IMG/VR virus record: IMGVR_UViG_3300021963_000023
Coordinates: 186,001-250,000 of that record
Length of the DNA: 64,000 nt
Strand: one strand, 5' to 3'
The position numbers and the translations under genes are program-made. This document shows positions 30,587-40,954 of this stretch, piece after piece; positions within the stretch are counted from its first letter, which is position 1, and each line of letters starts with the position of its first letter. Below the pieces are notes generated by a model. It saw only the letters and a program-made list of their open reading frames with translations. It did no database searches and was not told the origin of the DNA.

Positions 30587-31992
30587 GTCATAAATTAGGT
30601 ATATGTATACCATATAGAAACAGAAAGGATCACATTGAAAGGTTAATACCTCATTTAACAAAACATTTAAATGAAAAAGGTATTGAACACGCATTTTATG
30701 TTGGGCATCAAATAGATGATAAACTTTTTAATCGAGGTGCAATGAAAAATATTGCAGCTCATTACGCATTTGAAGATGGTTGTGATTATGTGGCTTGGCA
30801 TGATGTCGATATGCTTGGGCACGAGGAATCTGATTATTCATATTCAGATGATACACCGATTCATATCTCAACAAAGTTATCAAAATACAACTATACCTTA
30901 GGTTATGATCAATACTTTGGTGGTGTGGTATTATTCACAAAAGAACAAGCATATAAAACTAACGGTTATTCAAATGAGTATTGGGATTGGGGTCAAGAAG
31001 ATGATGATTTATTTTGGAGATGTCATTTTGAAGGGATGACAACTGGTAGGGTTATAGACACTGAAAAAAACAAACTCATTGCAAATTTCAATGGTGATGA
31101 TTCTGCGATTTATATACCAACTAATCGTGAGATCAGTTCGTGCTTACACAATGATCATACAATAACATTAACCTTTAACGCTGAACAACAAGATGATAAA
31201 GTTCCCATTTTTAGAGTTGGTGATAAGAATAAAAAATTCATAGAATATCCAATATTAAGAAAAGACGGTAGTTGGACCTGGGGAGTTTCATTTAACAATT
31301 CTAGAGCAGTTACTATGTCGTTATTTGATAGAGATGGTTTAAATCATTATAACTGGGCTAAAAGATTTGAGGGTATGTGGACAAAGGTTACTTTTAGTTA
31401 TAGTAGTGAAGAAAAGAATGCATATTTTTATATTAATGATGAGTTGATTTCACAAATAAGTGGTATAAAACAAAACGCACCATTTCTTGTAAAGAATGAT
31501 CTTAAAACACACGATTCAATAAAGCCGTTTTTACTAGGATTTTGTTCACATGTAAACACCAGATTTAAAGGTAAAATATCTGATTTTAAAATTTATAATA
31601 AGTATTTTAGTGATATAAATCTAATATCACAAAATAAAGAAAATATGGTATTGGAAATGGATCTAACAAGTGATGGTATAATTAAACAAAACATAAACTT
31701 AACTAACGAAGACATTGAGATCTTTGAAAATGTTGTACCCTTTAGAAGAGAGGGTAGGTTTTATTGTTTACCACATGTTGATGAAGGATTTATTCATGGT
31801 AACTGGGCCAAAGGTGAAACAACAGCAAAAAATGAAAAACGCTTTGTTACAGAAATGCAACAAGGTAAATTAAACTATAAAGAAGACGGATTAAATAAAA
31901 TATTAGAAGTGTTAGAAATTGATAATGTTGATGAGACACTATACCCTAATACTAAATTTATAAATGTTAAAATGATTACCAACTATGCTTAA
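30583..31992 (+). CDS. GT7-like glycosyltransferase with inserted LamG/ConA-like domain
   Basis: PYRNR, FNRG, WHDVDML, FGGV and NGYSNEYWDWGQEDDD motifs. The insert runs 'NFNGDDS...W..VTFSY...FYIND...FKGKISDFKIYN'. Confidence 0.8.
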   Translation: MSHKLGICIPYRNRKDHIERLIPHLTKHLNEKGIEHAFYVGHQIDDKLFNRGAMKNIAAHYAFEDGCDYVAWHDVDMLGHEESDYSYSDDTPIHISTKLSKYNYTLGYDQYFGGVVLFTKEQAYKTNGYSNEYWDWGQEDDDLFWRCHFEGMTTGRVIDTEKNKLIANFNGDDSAIYIPTNREISSCLHNDHTITLTFNAEQQDDKVPIFRVGDKNKKFIEYPILRKDGSWTWGVSFNNSRAVTMSLFDRDGLNHYNWAKRFEGMWTKVTFSYSSEEKNAYFYINDELISQISGIKQNAPFLVKNDLKTHDSIKPFLLGFCSHVNTRFKGKISDFKIYNKYFSDINLISQNKENMVLEMDLTSDGIIKQNINLTNEDIEIFENVVPFRREGRFYCLPHVDEGFIHGNWAKGETTAKNEKRFVTEMQQGKLNYKEDGLNKILEVLEIDNVDETLYPNTKFINVKMITNYA

Positions 31993-32824
31993 CCTCGTAA
32001 CAGTAGTTGGAAGAAACACTCACATATTACCTCATATGCTAAAACACTATGAAGGTATGGTAGATAAGATATATGTTGGTGTTTATAGACAACACGAAAA
32101 CGATGGTATCTTAGAAGAAGTTAGAAATCTTGGTATTGAACCATTTATAGTTGTTACTGAACCAAAGTATAATTGGAATAAGGTAACTGAAATGTATAAT
32201 ACCATTAAGCGTACCAAACCTAATGAATGGTGGATCGTTTCAGATGATGATGAGTTACAAGTATACCCATATGATATCAGAGATATCATTAAAGAATGTG
32301 AAGAAAATAATTTTACATTTGTAACCGGTGGATTTTTAGATAGATTAGGGGAAGGTGGAACATTTCCTATTGTTGAAAGAGATAGTGATATACATAAGCT
32401 ATTCCCATATGCTGGATTTTTCAGATACCCAATGTCAAATGCGTGCCCGAATAAAGTCACACTAATGCTTGGTTCTCAAGATGTTACATCTGGCCAACAT
32501 TATGCTGATTTTGGTAATAATAAGAATAGTTGGGGTAGATGGCATAGAAAAAGAATGCCAATTGATATTGTTTTCACACAAGTACATCACTTTAAATGGG
32601 ATTCTACATGCAATACCAGAATTAAGGAGGTTGCGGATACTAGAATTGATTATACTTGGTTCTGGGAGTATGAAAAATTATATGAAGAGTTAGAAAAGAA
32701 CAAGTGGATTGTAGATATTAATAAACCTGAGTTTTTATTTGAAAAACTAGATAATTTTTCGTATATTAACTTTAATGACTATTCAAAATGGGATGTCTTA
32801 AGAGATAAAATTGTAACAATTTAG
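31985..32824 (+). CDS. Glycosyltransferase family 2-like protein
   Basis: 'LPHMLKHY', 'WWIVSDDDEL', 'GGFLDR', 'QVHHFKW'. Confidence 0.65.
   Translation: MLNLVTVVGRNTHILPHMLKHYEGMVDKIYVGVYRQHENDGILEEVRNLGIEPFIVVTEPKYNWNKVTEMYNTIKRTKPNEWWIVSDDDELQVYPYDIRDIIKECEENNFTFVTGGFLDRLGEGGTFPIVERDSDIHKLFPYAGFFRYPMSNACPNKVTLMLGSQDVTSGQHYADFGNNKNSWGRWHRKRMPIDIVFTQVHHFKWDSTCNTRIKEVADTRIDYTWFWEYEKLYEELEKNKWIVDINKPEFLFEKLDNFSYINFNDYSKWDVLRDKIVTI
32739..32767 (+). promoter_or_regulatory. Internal sigma70-like promoter TTGAAA-N17-TATATT
   Basis: 17-nt spacer, about 60 nt upstream of the first radical SAM gene. Confidence 0.45.
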
Positions 32825-32827
32825 ATA

Positions 32828-34186
32828 ATGAGCAAAAAAACACCAGTTAGTGATACTTTCTGTATTTTACCATGGACGCATTTAATGATACAACCAAATG
32901 GTAATATACAACCTTGTTGCATGACCCCACATGATATGCCAATCGGTAACACCAAAGAAGATACCTTAGAGGAAGTGTGGAACGGATTTGTTATGAAGAA
33001 CATTCGTAAAAAAATGTTAAAGGGAGAAAAACCTATGCTTTGTAATAGATGTTACATGATGGAAGATAACGGTGCGGTTAGTCCTAGAGTTAACATGACT
33101 GAAAAGTTTGGTGCTGATGTTGATAAAATGATTGCAAACACAAATAGAGAAACTGGCCACAATAATGATTTTTCTTTAAAGTATTGGGACTTTAGATTCT
33201 CTAACATTTGTAATTTTAAATGCAGAATGTGTGGAACGTTTGCTAGTAGTAAATGGGCGGATGATGAAATGGCTATTCATGGTCAATCCAATAATGGGTT
33301 AATGAATTTTAGAAGTGAATCCAGAGAAGATATCATGAACTATGTGGATAAATTTATTGGTGATGTCCAAGAGATTTATTTTGCTGGCGGTGAACCACTG
33401 ATCATGGATGAACATTATATTATTTTAGAAAAGTTAATTGCTGCAGGTAGAACAGATGTAATTTTAAGATATAATACAAACTTTAGTCACATACAATTTA
33501 AAAAATGGGATTTAAATAAACTATGGGAACCATTTATTAATTGTGCTAAAAATCCAAAGGGTAGAGTGCAATTATTTGCGTCGTTAGATGCAGTTGGGCC
33601 TGTTGCAGAATTAGCTAGACATGGCACTGTTTGGGAAAACGTCTATAAAAATATTGAAACCGCGCTCAAGTTGGGTGTTGAGGTTTTTGTTTCCCCAACA
33701 ATTAGTATACTAAACGTCTTTCATGTTACTGATTTATTTGATGCGATTGTTAAATTAGGAATCAAACCTTCATATATTATCTTCAATAATTTTTTAACAG
33801 ATCCACAATGTTATGATATAAGAATCTTACCTGAAGATCTAAAAGAAGAATTAATGAATAAGCTAGAATCATATCACAAGAACTTACCAGAAGGTGCATA
33901 CAAAAACGCTATTGGTTCAGCAATCGGTGCCTGGGTTCATTTTCTTTATTCTGAAATTAATATAGATTTATTACAATTACAAATCAGTAGAAGAGAACTA
34001 CTAAGAGTTACAACAATATTAGATGTTAGAAGAAATGAAAACTTCTTAGATGTTAATCCACAATATAAAGATTGGTTTAAAGAGGTTAGAGCAACGGTTA
34101 AAAACTATGAGACTGAAGAATTTTTCTTTAGAGATAGAAGTTTACCTGACCCACCTAATGAAATACCTAAAACAATCGAAAACTAA
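32828..34186 (+). CDS. Radical SAM enzyme with N-terminal twitch/SPASM-like domain (1 of 6)
   Basis: N-terminal C..PW.H...G...PCC...CxxC, then CNFKCRMC, FAGGEP and YNTN. Confidence 0.9.
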   Translation: MSKKTPVSDTFCILPWTHLMIQPNGNIQPCCMTPHDMPIGNTKEDTLEEVWNGFVMKNIRKKMLKGEKPMLCNRCYMMEDNGAVSPRVNMTEKFGADVDKMIANTNRETGHNNDFSLKYWDFRFSNICNFKCRMCGTFASSKWADDEMAIHGQSNNGLMNFRSESREDIMNYVDKFIGDVQEIYFAGGEPLIMDEHYIILEKLIAAGRTDVILRYNTNFSHIQFKKWDLNKLWEPFINCAKNPKGRVQLFASLDAVGPVAELARHGTVWENVYKNIETALKLGVEVFVSPTISILNVFHVTDLFDAIVKLGIKPSYIIFNNFLTDPQCYDIRILPEDLKEELMNKLESYHKNLPEGAYKNAIGSAIGAWVHFLYSEINIDLLQLQISRRELLRVTTILDVRRNENFLDVNPQYKDWFKEVRATVKNYETEEFFFRDRSLPDPPNEIPKTIEN

Positions 34187-34191
34187 AATTT

Positions 34192-35211
34192 ATGTTAGAT
34201 AAAAAAGATTTTGTTTGTTTACAACCATTTGAGTTCACCGAATTCTTTGATTACAAAACATATATGTGCTGTCCTAATTGGTTACCAGTTGATTTGGGTG
34301 ATCCAATTGATATTAAAAACACCTGGGTTTCTGATCTAGCAAATAAGGTTAGAGAAAGTATGATAGATGGTAGTTACAAATATTGTATTGAAGCTAGATG
34401 TCCTAAATTAACGGGGTTAAAAGAAGGTAAAAGCGAAGGCTTTATGCCAAAGGAAGAGTTCTTAAGAAAAATCGATCAGTTTAAAGATCCGGTACCCAAA
34501 AGTGTTAAATTTAATTTTGATCAAAGCTGTAATCTACAGTGCCCTAGTTGTCGTTTAGAAAAAATAAATTATGTTGGGGAAGAAAGAACAAGAACGGAAT
34601 TGATATTACAAAGTATTGAAGAACAATTGTCTGAGGGTCTTGAGCATATAGAATGTACCGGATCTGGTGATCCATTTTTTTCTAGAACATTTAAGAAGTG
34701 GTTAATGACATTTAAGCCCAGTATGTACCCTAATTTAAAAAGTATACACTTACATACCAACGGTACTCTTTGGAACGAATCTAACTGGTCTAAAATGACA
34801 AATGTGCATAGATTTATTAAGTCTGCTGAGATATCTGTTGATGCAGCAACAAAAGACACGTATGAAAATTATACAAGGTTAGGTGGCAAATGGGAAGACA
34901 TCCAAAACAATCTTAGGTTTATTGCAACATTACCCAATCTAGAATATGTTACCATGTCTTTTGTTGTTCAAAATTCAAATTATAAAGAAATGGAAATGTT
35001 CTATAAGATGTCAGAAGAAATATTTGATGACACACATATCAATTGGCAGATATTTTTTAATAGAGTTGTTAACTGGGGAACATTTAAAAGTGAAGAATTT
35101 AAAATTGTTGATGTTGGTAATCCAGAACATCCAAACTACAAAGAGATGATTGAAATATACCATAGACTACCTGTTTCTAATAATATTAGACATAATTTAA
35201 CAATAGAGTAA
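34192..35211 (+). CDS. Radical SAM enzyme with N-terminal twitch-like domain (2 of 6)
   Basis: CLQPF...MCCP...C....CP, then CNLQCPSC, GSGDPF, HTNG and SVDAA. Confidence 0.9.
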   Translation: MLDKKDFVCLQPFEFTEFFDYKTYMCCPNWLPVDLGDPIDIKNTWVSDLANKVRESMIDGSYKYCIEARCPKLTGLKEGKSEGFMPKEEFLRKIDQFKDPVPKSVKFNFDQSCNLQCPSCRLEKINYVGEERTRTELILQSIEEQLSEGLEHIECTGSGDPFFSRTFKKWLMTFKPSMYPNLKSIHLHTNGTLWNESNWSKMTNVHRFIKSAEISVDAATKDTYENYTRLGGKWEDIQNNLRFIATLPNLEYVTMSFVVQNSNYKEMEMFYKMSEEIFDDTHINWQIFFNRVVNWGTFKSEEFKIVDVGNPEHPNYKEMIEIYHRLPVSNNIRHNLTIE

Positions 35212-36485
35212 TGATTGAATGTAAAAATTTAACAAATGGTTTTAGAATCGCCACCTCTGGAGGTTATTTTGCGTGTTGTCACACGTTTAATAACCCATTT
35301 AAAGATGAAAATGGTGATGAGATGGTAGCTAGCACACATTCAATTGAAGAAGGGTTAAAAAGCCCAACTAGAATGAAAATGTTAGATGATTTTAAAAATG
35401 ATATTAGGCATCCGGCTTGTGTTGTTTGTTGGTCAGCAGAAGATGCTGGATTTGTTAGTAAAAGACAAAGAGATAATGAGACATATAAAAAAATACTTGA
35501 ATTTTACCCAGAAAGAAAAGATTCTGATTTATTTTTTTTAGAATTAAATCTTGGTAACACATGTAATCTTGCATGTAGAATATGTCATATATCTGCATCA
35601 TCAAAATGGAAAGAATTTCATCATGTAACAGAAACCGATGTAACTGAAGAAAGATTAGACTTTTATGTAGATAAATATTCAAAAGCATTTAGAGACAATA
35701 GTATTGTTTGGGCTGAATTAATGAGTATACTTCCTGAAGTTAGAAGTTTAGACATATATGGGGGTGAACCAATGTTGATGAAAAAGCAATGGGAGATTTT
35801 AGAAATGTCCGTTAAGTTGGGGTATTCTAAAAAACAACAAATGAGTTTTAACACAAACGGTACAATTATAAATGAGAAGTATATTGATATTTTAAGTTCA
35901 TTTGCACAGTGTAGAATTGGGTTTAGTATTGATGGCGTTGGTAAAAGATTCAACTATTTAAGACATTTTGGGAAATGGGATGTGGTTAGTGAAAATATTA
36001 ATATTTGGCAAAATAAAGTTAAATTAATTCCAGACAATAAAATAATCTTTGAGGTATGTTGTACTATATCAATGCTAAATGTTCTTCATGTTTTTGAGAT
36101 GGTTGATTTTGTTATTGAGAACCATTTAAAATTAATGATAGCTTTTGTTTACAACCCCAGACACTTACACATTGGATATATGCCAGAGAAGTGTAAAAAA
36201 CTTATTTTAGAAAAACTTGAAGCCGAGTATGATCTTAGGATTACACAAATTAATGATGATACAACAATAGATGATTCTGAAAAACAATATAGATGGGATG
36301 TAATGAGGCAAGCACATAAAGTTATAAACACATTAAAATTACCTGTTGAGGGTACACAAGGTGATTGGCAAGAATTTAAGAGACAAACATTAGCATTAGA
36401 CATTTTAAGGAATGAATCTTTTGCTGATACATTTGCGGATTTAGAAGAAATATATAATATTACAAAAACAACAAAATTAATATAA
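35211..36485 (+). CDS. Radical SAM enzyme with N-terminal twitch-like domain (3 of 6)
   Basis: C...G..ACC...CVVCW, then CNLACRIC, YGGEP, NTNGT and SIDG. Ends TKLI. Confidence 0.9.
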   Translation: MIECKNLTNGFRIATSGGYFACCHTFNNPFKDENGDEMVASTHSIEEGLKSPTRMKMLDDFKNDIRHPACVVCWSAEDAGFVSKRQRDNETYKKILEFYPERKDSDLFFLELNLGNTCNLACRICHISASSKWKEFHHVTETDVTEERLDFYVDKYSKAFRDNSIVWAELMSILPEVRSLDIYGGEPMLMKKQWEILEMSVKLGYSKKQQMSFNTNGTIINEKYIDILSSFAQCRIGFSIDGVGKRFNYLRHFGKWDVVSENINIWQNKVKLIPDNKIIFEVCCTISMLNVLHVFEMVDFVIENHLKLMIAFVYNPRHLHIGYMPEKCKKLILEKLEAEYDLRITQINDDTTIDDSEKQYRWDVMRQAHKVINTLKLPVEGTQGDWQEFKRQTLALDILRNESFADTFADLEEIYNITKTTKLI

Positions 36486-36486
36486 G

Positions 36487-37959
36487 ATGTCAGAAAGACT
36501 ATTAAAATTTAAAGAAGAAAAATTAGATTCAGTTAGCTGTAGCTTCTGTCCTGCTAAGTGGTATAATGCAACTATCGATTTAGGTAGTGGTTATAGTAGG
36601 TCATGTTTCCTACCATTACCACACCCAATTGATTTAGAAGAAATTAAAACAAACCCATCAGCATTACATAACACTTCACATAAAAAGAAAATGAGAAGAA
36701 TGATGTTATCAGGTATTAGACCTGCTGAATGTTCTTATTGTTGGAAGGTTGATGACATTGGTAGAAACAATATTTCAGATAGAGTTTATAGAAGCATGGA
36801 ATACAAACATGAAGATATTGATATCTTAAAAGATTTACCTTGGGATGCTGATGTTAATTTGAGAACCGTAGAACTATCATTTGATAGAAGTTGTAATTTT
36901 GCTTGTTCATATTGTAACCCAAGCTATTCAACAACCTGGGGTAAAGATATTGATGAACATGGACCATATCAAAAATTTAAAACATTAACTGCTGGTGCAT
37001 ATCAACAAAACGGTTCATGGGCAGATCCTGAAAATAAATTTATTGGTGATAACCCATATGTTACAGCATTTTTAGAATGGTGGCCAGACTTATCAAAAGA
37101 TTTACAAACATTAAGAATCACTGGTGGTGAACCATCAACTAGTCATAACTTTTGGAAATTCTTAGATAAAATTAAAGATCAATCATATCCTAATTTAAAT
37201 CTATCTATAAATTCTAATTTAGGTGTTAAAGATGAATTGATTGATAAATTAATTAGAACAACCCACGAATTAGATATTCAATCATATGACATCTACACAA
37301 GTTGTGAATCATATGGTGATCACGCAGAATATCTTAGAGATGGTTTAATTTATTCTAAATGGAGAGGTAATGTTGTTAGAATGATTGAAGAGGCTAACAT
37401 TAGACAAATTGTAATCATGATGACTGTGACTGGTTTATCATTAATGTCAATGACTGAGTTCATGGATGATATGTTGGAGTTAAAGAAAAAGTATGGTCCT
37501 AATAAACCAACAATGGATCTTAACTTCTTAAGATGGCCAGGATTTATGTCACCATTGAATTTACCAGATAATATTAAGATTGAAGCTAAAAATAAAATTC
37601 AAGTTTGGTTAGATAAGAATAGAGATTCTGGTTTATTATTAGAACATGAGATAACACAAACACAAAGAGTAATTGATTACATTGATGTTGTTGATCAAGG
37701 ACACGCTAGAGCTGAGTTCGATAAAGATAAACACTTCCATGACTTCAAAAGTTTTTATGTACAATATGATATTAGAAGAAACAAAGACTTTAGAAAAACA
37801 TTCCCAATGTTAGTTGATTGGTACGATTCTATTCAAATAGACAACTATATACCAGATGTTAAATTGTCTGGTGGTGGTATGGAAGGTTGGGAGCTTGGTG
37901 AATATAAACCAGACATCATGGCTAGAAATGAAGCCAGACAAAAAAATGATTTAAACTAA
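36487..37959 (+). CDS. Radical SAM enzyme with N-terminal twitch-like domain (4 of 6)
   Basis: FCPAKW...SC...CSYCW, then CNFACSYC and TGGEP. Confidence 0.9.
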   Translation: MSERLLKFKEEKLDSVSCSFCPAKWYNATIDLGSGYSRSCFLPLPHPIDLEEIKTNPSALHNTSHKKKMRRMMLSGIRPAECSYCWKVDDIGRNNISDRVYRSMEYKHEDIDILKDLPWDADVNLRTVELSFDRSCNFACSYCNPSYSTTWGKDIDEHGPYQKFKTLTAGAYQQNGSWADPENKFIGDNPYVTAFLEWWPDLSKDLQTLRITGGEPSTSHNFWKFLDKIKDQSYPNLNLSINSNLGVKDELIDKLIRTTHELDIQSYDIYTSCESYGDHAEYLRDGLIYSKWRGNVVRMIEEANIRQIVIMMTVTGLSLMSMTEFMDDMLELKKKYGPNKPTMDLNFLRWPGFMSPLNLPDNIKIEAKNKIQVWLDKNRDSGLLLEHEITQTQRVIDYIDVVDQGHARAEFDKDKHFHDFKSFYVQYDIRRNKDFRKTFPMLVDWYDSIQIDNYIPDVKLSGGGMEGWELGEYKPDIMARNEARQKNDLN

Positions 37960-39258
37960 ATGGAAAAAAATTATAATAAAGAAACCTTTTGTGTTGCTCC
38001 ATGGATTGCATCGCATTTAAGTACATTTGGAAATGTTGTTCCTTGTTGTTTATATAAACAAGAACGAGTTTTCGGAGAACTTAAACAAGGTGTTCCATTA
38101 AATGAAATGTATAATTCTGATGTTGCAAAGGATATTAGAAAAAGATTGTGGAATGGTGAGAAGATAAATGAGTGTCAAATTTGCTGGTATAGAGAAGAGG
38201 TTTCAAAAGGGAAGAGCCAAGTTGATAGTTACAGATTTAATTTAAACAAACAGTTTGAAGATGAAATAGAAAACATTGTGGATAACACAAATGAAGATTT
38301 TTCATTAAAAATTATACAATTTAAACACTTAGATCTACGTTTTGATAATAAATGTAATTTAAAATGTAGGATTTGTAATCCCGGTTTTTCATCATCATTA
38401 TATAAAGAGTATAAAGCGTTAGGCTTCAATAATTTTAAAGATTATGGTCAACCATATAGTATGTCGGTTGATGATGATGAGTTTAATTTTATTTTAAGCC
38501 AATTAAAGCATGTTAAGTCATTATTTTTTGCTGGTGGCGAACCATTAACACAAGATAAACATTATCAAATATTACAATACTGCATAGACAATGACTATGC
38601 TAAAAATATAACAGTGTGGGTTACAACCAATTTCACAAAATTATATTATAAAGATTACAATATAATTGAGATGTGGAAGAAGTTCAAAGCTGTTGAGATA
38701 ACAGCGAGTATAGATGGGTTTGAAGAGAGAGGTCAATACCTTAGAAGCGGATCCAAATGGTCTGAAATAGTTGAGAATAGAAAAACACTTTTGAGAGAAC
38801 TACCAGATACTTTTTTTGGAATTGTACCAACAATTAACATAATGAATAGCTATACCATAATTGATTTATATAAAAATTGGATAGAAAATGGCTACTTACT
38901 TCCCGGTAAAATCCATATTAATTTATTGACACATCCAGAACACCTTCAGATAAAAATGCTACCTGAAAGACATAAAGAGGTTCTTAGAATATTGTATAAT
39001 AACCTTATAATTTGGATAAAAAATAACATAGCGGATAACAGTGAAGCACAACGAGACATAGGACAATTTGAATTTGTAATAGACTTGTTAAATCAAGAAA
39101 GAGATGAAGAAATGTTCCAAAAGTTTTTAAAAATGACAGACATGGTTGACACATTCAGAGGTGATGATTTCTTTTCTGTGTTTACTGAGTTTAGAGATTT
39201 TATTGATCCAAATGTTATCATTGAATTACCCAAAGATGATAATGTAAAATTATTATAA
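37960..39258 (+). CDS. Radical SAM enzyme with N-terminal twitch-like domain (5 of 6)
   Basis: FCVAPW..H...PCC...CQICW, then CNLKCRIC, AGGEP and SIDG. Ends VKLL. Confidence 0.9.
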   Translation: MEKNYNKETFCVAPWIASHLSTFGNVVPCCLYKQERVFGELKQGVPLNEMYNSDVAKDIRKRLWNGEKINECQICWYREEVSKGKSQVDSYRFNLNKQFEDEIENIVDNTNEDFSLKIIQFKHLDLRFDNKCNLKCRICNPGFSSSLYKEYKALGFNNFKDYGQPYSMSVDDDEFNFILSQLKHVKSLFFAGGEPLTQDKHYQILQYCIDNDYAKNITVWVTTNFTKLYYKDYNIIEMWKKFKAVEITASIDGFEERGQYLRSGSKWSEIVENRKTLLRELPDTFFGIVPTINIMNSYTIIDLYKNWIENGYLLPGKIHINLLTHPEHLQIKMLPERHKEVLRILYNNLIIWIKNNIADNSEAQRDIGQFEFVIDLLNQERDEEMFQKFLKMTDMVDTFRGDDFFSVFTEFRDFIDPNVIIELPKDDNVKLL

Positions 39259-40481
39259 TGAATTCCATCTCAGAAAAATTTTGCTATTTACCCTTTGGTT
39301 CAATTTATGTTGGGGCATCTGGTACACTATCACCTTGTTGTATTGCTTCTCCATTTAAAGAGAATATTCATTTCAAGGATTTCAATTCTGTTGATGAAGC
39401 AATTAATAGCGAACCATATAAACGTATTAGAAAAGAGATGTTATTTAATATTGCGCCATCTGAATGTGCGGAATGTTTTGTATATAAAAATAGACACAAA
39501 GAACATAGTAATATTGAGTTTAGAGAAGAAATAGCGGACCCATCATTATATAATGAAGACTATAGTGTAAACAAAATTGTTTACACAGATTTGAGACTTT
39601 CTAATCATTGTAATTTTAAATGTAGAATGTGTTTTCATGGATCATCATCAACCTGGTTTGAGTATTGGGGATATGTTCAAAATCAACCAGAATATGATAC
39701 CATCAATACCAAGTACTTAACAGCGGGTGACGACGCTCTTGATAAGTTTTCAGAAGAAAATATTGATTCTATTCGTAAAGTTTATTTAGCTGGTGGTGAA
39801 CCATTTATAACGCCAACAACATTTACCTTGTTAGATAGATTCAGTGACGAACAGGCTAAAAATGTTTATATATTAATTAATACAAACTTATCCACACTAA
39901 CATACAAAGGTATTGACATACTTGATAAACTTAAACGTTTTAAAACTGTAGACATCTCTTGTTCATGTGATGGGTATGGTAAAATTGGTGAATATCAAAG
40001 ACCAGGATTTAATTCTGAAAAATTCTTTAAAAATCTGGAAACGCTAATTAAGTTTAAAGAAACCAACGACAATTTCAAAGTTTCTATTGATTATACTATT
40101 TCAACAATAAACATGTACCATTCTTTTGATTTCATAAAGTTTGTTGAAGAAAATTACCTCCATTCAGATCACATTAGGTTTCATACTGTGACTCAACCTT
40201 TTTATTTTGCACCTGGAATTTGTAAGGGTGGCATGAAACAAGCGTTAATAGAACTTTATGAAAACAACATAAACAATTTAACATCACTTTGTAGATATAC
40301 GTTGATTGAATTTGTTAAATATTTAAGAAACACTGAGGATGAGGAAGTTTATAGCCACCTATTAGATAAGAAGAAATATGTTACTATTTCACTACCGGAA
40401 ACCTTAAGGAGATTTGACGAAATTAATAAAACCGATTATAAGGAAATATGCCCATGGTTAGGTGATATTTTTATTGATTAA
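39258..40481 (+). CDS. Radical SAM enzyme with N-terminal twitch-like domain (6 of 6)
   Basis: FCYLPF...PCC...CAEC, then CNFKCRMC, AGGEP and SCDG. Confidence 0.9.
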   Translation: MNSISEKFCYLPFGSIYVGASGTLSPCCIASPFKENIHFKDFNSVDEAINSEPYKRIRKEMLFNIAPSECAECFVYKNRHKEHSNIEFREEIADPSLYNEDYSVNKIVYTDLRLSNHCNFKCRMCFHGSSSTWFEYWGYVQNQPEYDTINTKYLTAGDDALDKFSEENIDSIRKVYLAGGEPFITPTTFTLLDRFSDEQAKNVYILINTNLSTLTYKGIDILDKLKRFKTVDISCSCDGYGKIGEYQRPGFNSEKFFKNLETLIKFKETNDNFKVSIDYTISTINMYHSFDFIKFVEENYLHSDHIRFHTVTQPFYFAPGICKGGMKQALIELYENNINNLTSLCRYTLIEFVKYLRNTEDEEVYSHLLDKKKYVTISLPETLRRFDEINKTDYKEICPWLGDIFID

Positions 40482-40484
40482 AAA

Positions 40485-40513
40485 TTGACTTTTCAACTTG
40501 TTTTAGCTATATT
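40485..40513 (+). promoter_or_regulatory. sigma70-like promoter TTGACT-N17-TATATT
   Basis: -35 at 40485-40490 and -10 at 40508-40513. The ATG at 40520 lies about at the expected +1, so the mRNA may be leaderless. Confidence 0.7.
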
Positions 40514-40519
40514 ATCATT

Positions 40520-40954
40520 ATGATATACTGGTTAACTGGACAACCCGGAGCAGGTAAAACAACCCTAGCAAAATACTTGGTGGAATATTTCCCTCAAAAC
40601 GAGGTTACTCACATTGATGGGGATGATCTAAGAGACATCTTTAATAATAAAGACTATTCCATTACAGGAAGAAGACTAAACATCCAAAGAGCACAATACA
40701 TTGCGCAATTCATGCATAGTAAAGGACACAATGTCATTGTATCCTTAGTTTCACCGTATAGAGATCAGAGAGAGGCATTTAAGTTCAGCACATCGGTTGT
40801 TGAGATTTATGTTCACACCACAGAAGATCGAGGTAGAAATCAATTCCACGTTGAGGAATATGAACCACCATTAGAAAATTTTATAGATATAGACACAACA
40901 ATAAAGAACGAGACAGATTCATATTATGAACTGTTAAAAAAATTATCATTATGA
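40520..40954 (+). CDS. cysC: Adenylyl-sulfate (APS) kinase
   Basis: 'WLTGQPGAGKTT', 'IDGDDLR', 'SLVSPYRDQR', 'YEPP'. Confidence 0.85.
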   Translation: MIYWLTGQPGAGKTTLAKYLVEYFPQNEVTHIDGDDLRDIFNNKDYSITGRRLNIQRAQYIAQFMHSKGHNVIVSLVSPYRDQREAFKFSTSVVEIYVHTTEDRGRNQFHVEEYEPPLENFIDIDTTIKNETDSYYELLKKLSL

